Below are positions 50,186 to 59,724 of a DNA stretch of 64,000 bases, in pieces. The stretch comes from Gordius albopunctatus (lineage: Eukaryota), in the NCBI GenBank assembly GCA_964276515.1, contig OZ193909.1, forward strand, positions 13,268,001 through 13,332,000, in the 5' to 3' direction. Positions within the stretch are counted from its first letter, which is position 1. The number at the start of each line of letters is the position of its first letter. The notes under the pieces are model-generated. The model saw only the letters and a list, made by a program, of their open reading frames with translations, had not been told where the DNA came from and made no database searches. The translations under genes and the position numbers were made by a program.

Positions 50186-52904
50186 TAGAGACCTGCAACG
50201 GGTCTGGGGTCTCTATAGGTCAGTCGCCCGCCCGTTATAAAAATTAAAAAGTCCGGGCCAGGCCTGGGCCCGTAAAAATAAAAGGTGATAGGCCCGGACC
50301 CGGCCCGATAATTAATTGCAAAGCCCGGCCCAGGCCCGCATACAAAATTTTTTCGTTTGCTAATTTCTGTTAAATTATAATTTTTTTATTAAAATATTTA
50401 ATCAATATATTTTTATATTACAAATATTAATAATAATCATGTAAAAATAATAAATCATCAATTATTTCCGGTCTCAAGCGAGTTCTTCTTTCTTCAATCA
50501 ATCGACCTGCAGTTGAAAATTTTCTTTCACTAGTGGCACTTGTGTCAGGAATACATAAAACTTTATATGCTAAATGAGATAGTTTTGGATACCTAATTTA
50601 TGGTTGAATTGATATTAATAACATTTACTTCGCTTCTTTGGCTTTCCACTATTTTATAAGATCCAAACATTCAGGATCTACATATTCTTCAAGATATTGA
50701 TTAAATTAATTTGTTGATGAAGGTATGCTTTCATTATCCTCCCATTCCGAAAATACGCATTTTGATTTTTAGCTAAAATATTACTAAAATTTTGTCTTAT
50801 AATTTAAAATATTACCTTGGGACATACTTTTGTCATTTTCTAAATTCTCGGAAGAACTAACTGATTGAGTAAAATCATCGCGATCTATAAGACTTTTTAT
50901 TTCTTCATAAGTCTCCCTTTTCTCTTGAGTAGTAGCCATTTCCATATCTTTAAATTTGGGGTGAAGCGCCGTAGCCATTCTATGCAAGGAATGGATGGTA
51001 TATTTTTGATTAATCAATTCTTTAATTTTATTTTTGATATTTCTAATTTGATTGTCCGAAAATCCATCATTTTCCATCATATTAAATAATTTTAATTTCC
51101 ATGAAAATACATAATGCATAGTGAATTTTGAGTCCGACTCTAATTGTGTGCTTGCTTCTTTAAATGGCCTCAATAACTGAATAGTGGATTTTAGCAAAGG
51201 TCTGCTTATATCAACTGTAGAGAGGTAATAGGAGTGCGAAGTGCCTCCGGGGATACGTTATTTACCGATGTGTTGTCAATAAAATTATCGTTAATTGGTT
51301 GCAACTTATATATGCGTTTGATATACACGTTTTACTCACTTTCTATGATTGTATCGCTTCGAAATCTGGAGTAAATAAAGATTCCCAGTCCCAACATTAA
51401 CCAACATAAAGGTTTCATTCCTTTTTGTGAAAATCTCTTTAATTTCATCTGACATATTATTAACACTTTCCGAAAGATTCAATTTAGAATTACACCTAAC
51501 AGCTACATCTTGATATAAACAATGGCTTAGATTTCTATTTAAGCCACTTTGCTTAAAGTACCGTGCTAGAGTTTTAGTGTCATTTATCATGTTCAATACA
51601 TCTGAAGCATTTTCCCCCAAAATAATTCATTGAAAGCCCCTTTAATTATATTATTTATCAGGTTAGCCTTACAATCCAGCCGTCTATAATTTTGTAGAGC
51701 TTTTATGATATTGGCCCATTGATCTGAAACAAATGTAATTTTAAAAATATCATTTAGAGATAAACCGAATGATGTTAATTTATTTAGGATTTAACTTTTA
51801 ATATTTTCTGCATTTTTTTTTCATGTGGGTATTGTGCTGTGAACAATATCCTTTTAACAAGTTTATCATTAATGTAGTGTATACTTAATGTTATATAAGA
51901 ATTCTTGGTATAGTCATCTGTCCACATGTCTGTGGTTGACGAACACAATCCCCTTTCCACATATGATATTACTTCTGGTAAAATTAGCTTTCTTACAGCA
52001 ATGGCAGACTGCTTGACATGCCTGGCTACAGTAGTTGGATGAGGCATTATGTCCTCTATCTTCACTTGTCCAGAAATTGGAAAAAAAATTAAATTTTTCT
52101 TTGGCTTAAGCTTCAAAGGGTCTTAAATCTTTGGCACAAAATTTAATCGCCTCATCTATTATTTTGGTTTTTAGGAGTTTTGCTTTTTTGTATCCATCAA
52201 CGTAACAAATTGATCCATCGTTCCAGACTTTGATATATTGGTAGCACATTTATGTCTTTTAAGATGGGATGTTCCATCAAATGGTTTGTAGGATAAATAC
52301 TTTTTGCAAGTTTTGCAGATGCAAATAGTAGCTTGGTTGTCATTTTCATCCATTAGTATATCAAATTTTTTCCATACTTTACTCTTCAAGTTATGGTTTA
52401 ATCTTATTTTGTGATTATTATAAGTTCTTTTGTCAGCCATTATTAATTCTTCAGACATGCTGATATGTTGTGCACTATTTCTAAAACAATTATCTAATTA
52501 AAATAAAAAATTTTGTTATAGAGTGAAAATCTCAAATAGTTATATAACAAAGTTTTATAATGAGAATATTTAAAATATTAATCTTGAAATTTTATTAACT
52601 TATTCTTAAGTCTGTAACTAGAAGGATAATGTAGTTTATTCCTGTATATAGTAGCTAATGAAAACTTATCTATTTTAAATTTTAATTGCGCTGTAGTTTT
52701 GTATATGAATGAATAAAGAAGGAAATTAAAATGTATTTTCATTTTCAATTAGACAAAAATCACTAAAAAAAGTTTGACACATCTTTGTTTTAGTATAATA
52801 AAAAATTAGACTATTTTGCAACGGGCTTTTAGCGGGCATCGGTTTAATCTAGGCCCCGCCCGTTTGTTTTTTTTAAACCTAAAGCCCGGCCGTGCAGGTC
52901 TCTA
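50186..52904 (-). mobile_element. hAT (hobo/Hermes-like) DNA transposon, full length, transposase disrupted
   Basis: TIRs tagagacctgca / tgcaggtctcta, perfect TSD atatacta (50178-50185, 52905-52912), GGCCC subterminal repeats. Transposase from 52458 to about 50455: BED finger (SKVWKKF..CKTC..GTSHLKRH), MPHPTTV, TTDMWTD, ATALHP, hATC tail; frameshifts. Confidence 0.95.
51216..51391 (+). mobile_element. Solo-LTR-like insertion within the hAT transposase
   Basis: Starts TGTAG, contains TATA-like and AATAAA motifs, 4-bp TSD caac (51212-51215, 51392-51395). Excision restores the frame MLVNVDISRPLLKSTIQ. The 3' end is not the canonical CA. Confidence 0.75.
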
Positions 52905-53044
52905 ATATACTAGATCCTTAAATATACTCCAAAATTTGCCCATTCTTAGCCATAGGAGTCAATGTACTGGTTAGTGGTGTCAATTCCTTATTAGAAATTC
53001 TTTTCTTACACCAATATAAGATTTATACATCGATGATATGATTT

Positions 53045-54950
53045 TTGTATGTTTTAGGCGCACCAAACGGGGGCCTGAGTGTCTACAAAACTTTTGACAA
53101 AAACTTTTCGAGTCTAAAATCAAAATTAGAAATTTTTAAGTCTATGTCCGCTCATCATTCTTTCCATATTATTACAAATTATTACAACATAAGTAAATTT
53201 TTATTCTATTTCCGTTCCACCCAAGCGTTTATATTTAAAGATATTTTACATAATTATGAAAGCTTTTTTAAACCCATGCTCGAATCGATTATAAATATAT
53301 CTTTTAATACAAAAAGCAATAAACTGGACAAATAGCCTAGATAAATTTATATGTAAAGGTAAGCCGGACGCATAAACAATAATGGATATTAAGCTTGAAC
53401 GACGTCAACCAGCGGTCATCTTTATTTATTTTCAGCCCAAAATTTTTTTCATTTGATGATAAGGTACCATAAAATGCTAAAACCTGCAGACACAAAAATA
53501 AAAATGTATTCTGGCCTTTGGGCGGGGTTAGATAAAGTAGAAGTAAGTAACAGTCACCATTAATTTGTAGGGAATTATTTAACCAATTCCGCATTCATCC
53601 CTTATAAAGCAACAACCTAGACAAATTTGCAAAAGAAATGCACAAAGCAGCAAATATAAATAGGACTTAACCAGAATTTTGGCCTTTGGCCGGTTAAGAC
53701 AAATTAGATGGAAGCAACGGTCAGCATTAATTTGCAGGGAATCATTTAGCCACTTTCGCAATTATCCGATATATAGCAACAACCTAGACAATTTGCCCAA
53801 AATTCATAAATATTAAAGGTAATTAGTCGGGCACAAAAACAATAATGGAATTTAGGCTCAGGCGAGGTCGGAAAAAGTAAAGGCATCGGCTGTCATTAAC
53901 TAGTATATTTGCGAAAGCAAAATAAAGGTATTTTACAGAAGCATAAGTCCACAGCCATTAAAAACAAGTATAAGTTTCCACGGCATTTTTCAAAAGTTAC
54001 ATGTTGGACAGGACGGCGGGACAATCAAAAGCAAGGCCATTGATTGCATAGCAATTAACACTTGGTTTCAAGCCACTCTTCCAACAAAATCCGGGGGTTT
54101 AAGCATTCGTTCTTCAACTGCGATTTCCCTAAGCGCTTTATATCTTCCTCTCTAGATTTTAAACAGACATCAACGTTCTTGTCACATATTCACTCAATCC
54201 CTCCATCAATTAATCCTTAGCCCTATGGATGGAATGAGATTGTCAACTTAGGGGCTAATATACCACTATCATCTGCTCAAAAAGATTTGGATACAAATTG
54301 GACGTCACGGTCCGTTGCTTACCTTCTTTCGAATTTTTACATGCGATGCCAGACAACATTCCAATCTAAGGTCAGCTTACCAATCCAGTCATGAATGGCC
54401 AAGTTTTCTGGAATGCTCTTAGAGAATCCCATACTGTCCTTCAATATACTCCTCTTGGGTTGTAAATATAGGTCACCCTACCCCTGCCCTGTCGGCTTTG
54501 TAATCCACTTGTAGGTGAGGAAACGCGTCACTTTCTGTATTGTATTAATAAAAGAAGGAGTAGGCACCAAAAAATAAACACATTGCTACCAGCCGCCCTC
54601 AAACAAGCAAAATTTCCTTCCATCCCTAAACCGTCAGAGTCCTCTCTTGAAGGCGGATGCGCCCTTACGGTTCGTCTCTTGTTCCATGCCTTTTTTATAT
54701 GGGACTACAATTGTATTGCTCTTTTTGCAATCTCTAAATATTCACGATCCCCTAGGGTCGGCAGAGCATCGTAAATTCTTAAAATATTCAGCTGTATTAA
54801 GATCCTCCATTTTTATTCTCAGCGCCTCGTTATGCTCAGGGACGTTGGGGAAGATGCTTCAAATTTTATTAAAGAGCTTAATAAACGCTCACCTACCTCG
54901 AATTTTTTTTTTAGTTTTTAGCTCAGACATTTAATCGCCATTGCATCTCA
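53045..54950 (+). mobile_element. CRE-like non-LTR retrotransposon remnant (RT thumb region plus restriction-like endonuclease)
   Basis: VLGAP.G, WFQATLPTKSGGLSIR (54063 on), degenerate zinc knuckle, RH, RPYG (RPDG-like), WD, AEHRKFLKY, SGTLG. Many frameshifts; interrupted at about 53311-54058. Confidence 0.7.
53311..54058 (-). mobile_element. DINE-1/Helentron-like non-autonomous element with ~170-bp internal tandem repeats
   Basis: The right end (ggacaggacggcgggacaa...ccattgattgcatagcaattaa) is the reverse complement of the 5' end of the 57871 element. Internal repeats cctagayaa at about 53336, 53616 and 53783. Left boundary approximate. Confidence 0.6.
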
Positions 54951-55996
54951 TAAACTAATTATTAGTCCCTGATAAATTCAATGCCCATTCTTAAAGAAGA
55001 CGAAGAAAAGGACCATGCCTTTAATCATTTTTTTATAACTAGTTTGGTTCTTATGTCCTTTTTTTAGTGTCACTATATGTTCAACACATTTTCATAATAA
55101 GCATTTAAACTTTCAAAAATAATTTATTGAAGAACCTCCAAAACAACAAATTATGTCAGCTATTCTAACATCATCCCCTTACAAAAAAATGCAGGAAAAA
55201 ATCTTTTTTTCTTTGATATGTGTATGTAAAAAAGTAGTGGGTCGTTAAATATGAGTGGGTTGAATGGCCAGATTCCAAAATTGAAGAATCCTTTTTGACG
55301 TTTAAAATTGAGGCAGCCCTTAATTTGTAAAATCTATGATTATGACTTTGCATTTGTGAGCCTAGCCTATAGACCAGCAAGAGTGACTCTTAACTCTTCA
55401 CCCGTTTTCGGGTCCTTTGTTCAAATTTTATGTTGAGCTTCTGTTTGGTTTTCAATCTGATGTGGCTAAATTCATACAACTCTAACTAAACCCATAAGTG
55501 TGTCGGGCAGGCATCAACTACGTTTTTTATTTTTAACAAAGTCATAGGCGTAACCAGGGGTCAAAAGGGATATGCCTACCCCTACAATAAATTTAACAAT
55601 TTTATTTAATTTCAATATCATGTTGTTAGTTGACCCCTTACCTTATCCTGGTTTTGCTCATGCATTATGTTCAAATTTTTCTCTCATCCTTATTTCAGGT
55701 AACACTTTTCATATGAAAGATTTTATATGTCGAATTTAATCCTGGTAAAAATATGAATTCCAGGATAGAATCAGGATGCAAAACAAGACGCTGCTGGCAT
55801 TGAGTGACAAAAAGTTAATTAATAGTTAGCGGGTGTGATGATTAATTTGTTATACTTTGTTTCTTAGTTCAGAGCAAAGAGTTTTGTTGTTACTTACACA
55901 ATTAATGTATGAACATTGATTCTTATGGCATTATTTTATGTTTGGAACTGTAACCGTTCGTTTTGGCTTTTGATAATATATTTGAATAAATCTTGT

Positions 55997-56138
55997 CATG
56001 GGCCTAGCCAGGTTTTGGATTAGGGGGAGGGGGGGGGGCAAAACGTAAATTTTTTTAATTTTTAAGGTTTTTTGCATTGAAAATTTTTTTTTGGCCATTC
56101 AGGGGGGGGCAGCCCCCTCCCCCCTGGCTACGCCCATG
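55997..56138. mobile_element. hAT-type MITE, poly-G family
   Basis: TIRs catgggcctagccagg / cctggctacgcccatg with perfect 8-bp TSD aatcttgt. Confidence 0.9.
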
Positions 56139-57870
56139 AATCTTGTCATCCTATTATTCAATATTTTTGCACTTAAAATTATGGCCCGTTTATTAGTGTT
56201 TTATTTAATGTTCTTATTGGTTTTCGATATATTATAAAAAAATCATCCCAAAATAATGTAAATCGATAGGTGAAGTGAATAAAATTATAAGCAGGTAATA
56301 TTGATTATTACTTAATTATCGTATATCAATATATTGATTACCAATTGTTAAAGTTTTATCCATTAATCGATATGGTATTTAATATACCATTTATTGATCT
56401 TATATTTTCCGATAAAAAATTAATAGTATAGGTCCATAATACAAGGTGGAAAATTATAGTAGTTAATTCTAAAGAGTTGTGTTTTGCTAATTAAGGAAAT
56501 AAATGGTAATTTTAAAGATCTACACGGGCAGTCCCATCCGCAGGGGACGGACGAGCTTTGAAAACAAAAATATTTATCGGGGACTAAACAATTTTAATAA
56601 CGGGCTTGGAAGGGCCTAAATTCTATATGACGTCCTAGAATTCATATTGAATTTACACCAATCACAACCGAGTTTTTAAAGAATTTTGAATAAAAAAAAT
56701 CTATGACCAAAAATATATTAAGATGATCTTGATCCGTTTATGGAAATTAAAATCGTGTATATTTTGATTTAATCTACGACCTATTTAGGACATTCTAATA
56801 CGCGCCATTTTGCATATCGTGCCATATTAATTTTGAAAAATTCGCTCTAACTAAACCTATAAATGTAGCCTTTTTATTTACAACTAGATGAACCCGGCAA
56901 ACGTTGTTTTGCCATTTACCCGGGTGTATTAAATTATGTTGGAATTTTAGAGCATATATGATGATAAAGCGGTTATTGAAGTAAAAATAAAGTTTGATGT
57001 CGTCTATATGTTCTACTTCTATTGTTCTATTTCAGTATAATAGATTAAGAATATATCAAATATAATTGGTAAGTGTTTATTATGCAAAAATTTTAAACAA
57101 ATAGTTAAAGAGGGTCCAAGGCCCAGGCCCACCAAAGAGAGAAAACCTGGCTATGCCCCCCCCCCAAAGAGAAAAATCTTTGGCCCCCTGGCCCTTCAAG
57201 CCATTTTTGTAATTTTTTTGTAATTAAGAAGCAATATCAAAATTATAATTATTTGTTTCTGAATAAAACTTTTAATTCTGAACTTAATAATGTCCGAAGA
57301 ACTGAGATATATCAACATTTATTGGCACTTTGTTGAAAGTATTTTCATTTTTCTCCTTATTTAACGCGTAAAAAATGATAAAATGACATTTTTAAATTTA
57401 TTTAGCCACGCAGGAAGGGACACGACTGTCCTATAATAATAATTGACGTGAAAAATAAGCAAAAAAATGACTTTGATTTAATGTTTCAAATCCTAAAGAG
57501 TTTCCATTTTCCGCAGCACATGCCTACATTTATCACACTACACTACCTACACGCATGGCGGTCTAGAAAATACTATAAGTGATACACTTTTATTAAAGAA
57601 CTGTATATTCAAATTTTCAAAGAACACGATAGATACGCAGTACGTCATGAGGTTGCGTTTGATTGACATCTTATTAAACGGCAAAACATATAAAACAAAC
57701 TAACTCAAAAAATACTGGACCGATTTGGCTCGAACAAATCTTAAAACGTGCTCCGGAGTGTGGGGAATAAACTGTGAAATTTTGAGCCAAATCGGTCTGG
57801 TAGTTTTCCAAAATTGGTGGCGGCATACACACACACATACACACACACATTACATACATAGTTTCATTTT

Positions 57871-59724
57871 TAATTGCTATGCAATTTATGGGCTCGTTTT
57901 TGGTTGTCCGTCCGTCCGTCCGTCTACCAAGTTATTTACACCAGCTTCCCGACCTGGAGGTTGCGGGTTTGAGACCCGGAGAGGACAAAATTTTTTTTTT
58001 TTTTTAAATTAAATTAATATTTTTTTCTTGTTAATACCATTGATAATATGACTTTTTGACCGTCCGCAGGCTACTGACCAATGAAAAAATGACCACTGGC
58101 CAGATAAATCGAAATTTTTAATTTTTCGTTTTTGAATAGTTTAACATTGATAATTACCCTATGCCCTCCCCTACAAGGGCCTATGGCTCTATTTATATGG
58201 TTCCCTGTTCCCCTCCAAAGGCTTATGCCTCTATTTAATGTGGGTTTGAATCCCGGTGAACGTTCTAAATTGATGGTTCGAGACCCGGAGAGGACAAAAA
58301 TTTTTATTTTTTTTTAAATTAAATTAATATATTGTTCTTGTTAATACCATTGATAATATGAATTTTTGACCGTCCGCAGGCTACTGACCAATGAAAAAAT
58401 GACCACTTGCCAGATAAATCGAAATTTTTAATTTTTTGTTTTTGAATAGTTCAACATTGATAATTACCCTATGCCCTCCCCTACAAGGGCCTATGGCTCT
58501 ATTTATATGGTTCCCTGTTCCCCTCCAAAGGCTTATGCCTCTATTTAATGTGGGTTCGAATCCCGGAGAGGGCAAAATTTTTATTTTTTTAATTAATTTA
58601 ATATTTTGTTCTTGTTAATACCTTTGATAATATGACTTTTTGACCGTCCGCTGGCTACTGACCAATGAAAAAATGAACATTGGCCAAATAAATCCTAATT
58701 TTTCGTTTTTCCTTTTTGAATAAGTTAACATTGATAATTGAAAAAAATTACCATTGGCCAAATAAATCAAAATTTTTTGTTCGTTTTTGAATAGGTTAAC
58801 ATTGATAATTACCCTATACTTTTTAATAATTGCTATGCAATTTATCTAGTTTTTGGGTTAGAATCCCGGAGTTTTTTTGACTCTTATGATTGTTCTTGTT
58901 ACTATCAATGATAATAAGACTTTTTGGCCGTCCGCTGGCTGCTGACCAATGAAAAAATGACCATTGGCCAAAATGTGTATCCGAGTTTATTTTTTCGTTT
59001 TTTTTGAATATTATGATTGTTCCTGTTCCTACCATTGCTATTATGACGTTTTGGCCGTCCGCTGGCTGCTGACCAATGGAATAAAATGACCATTGGCCAA
59101 AATGTGATTTGAAAATTTTTTTTTCGTTTTTTTTTTACTGTTATGAATTTATATCCACTTTTACCGTGTCCTGGCTGCTGACCAATGGAAAAAAATGACC
59201 ATTGGCCAAAATGTGAATCGAAATTATTTTTTCCGTTTTTTTTGACTATTATGATTGTTCCTGTTCCTACCATTGCTATTATGACTTTTTGGCCGTCCGC
59301 TGGCTGCTGACCAATGGAATAAAATAACCATTGGCCAAAATGTGATTCGAAAACTTTTTTTTCGTTTTTTTTGACTATTATGAATTTATATCCACTTTTA
59401 CCGTGTCCTGGCTGCTGACCAATGGAAAAAAATGACCTTTGGCCAAAATGTGATTCGAAAATTTTTTTTTCGTTTTTTTTGACTATTATGATTGTTCCTG
59501 TTCCTACCATTGCTATTATGACCTTTTGGTAATACAACTCCCGTAGAATTTAACTAACCATAAAGCTTCCCCTTCGCTCCCTCTCTCCCCCTTTATGATA
59601 TTTGGCATATACACTTATTTAGTGCTTCCAACCTTCGTTTTGCAATATTCACGTAAGTATTTCCATAAATTGCATAGCAAATATGATACATTTATACGGA
59701 GTGTAGATGAGTTCCCCCTTCCGG
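57871..59724 (+). mobile_element. DINE-1/Helentron-like element with central tandem arrays
   Basis: Perfect 18-bp subterminal inverted repeat ttgctatgcaatttatgg (57874-57891) / ccataaattgcatagcaa (59663-59680), (GTCY)5 at 57906-57925, insertion in a T-run with no TSD. A second 5'-end copy is at about 58829. Confidence 0.7.
57971..59530. repeat. Complex tandem arrays: ~280-310 bp units, then alternating ~128/~109 bp units
   Basis: Unit starts at 57971, 58280 and 58559. Core gctgctgaccaat at 58938, 59065, 59174, 59303, 59411 (spacings 127, 109, 129, 108). Confidence 0.92.

Noticed and set aside
57941..58575. Intact tRNA genes
   Set aside because: Only T-arm/B-box fragments; no D-arm, A-box or acceptor stem.
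57971..59530. CRISPR-like repeat-spacer array
   Set aside because: The spacers are themselves repeated rather than unique, units exceed 100 bp, the context is eukaryotic and there are no cas genes.
58905..59537. 210-aa repetitive ORF on the minus strand
   Set aside because: Produced by the tandem array; the reading frame shifts between units and it lies wholly inside a transposon.
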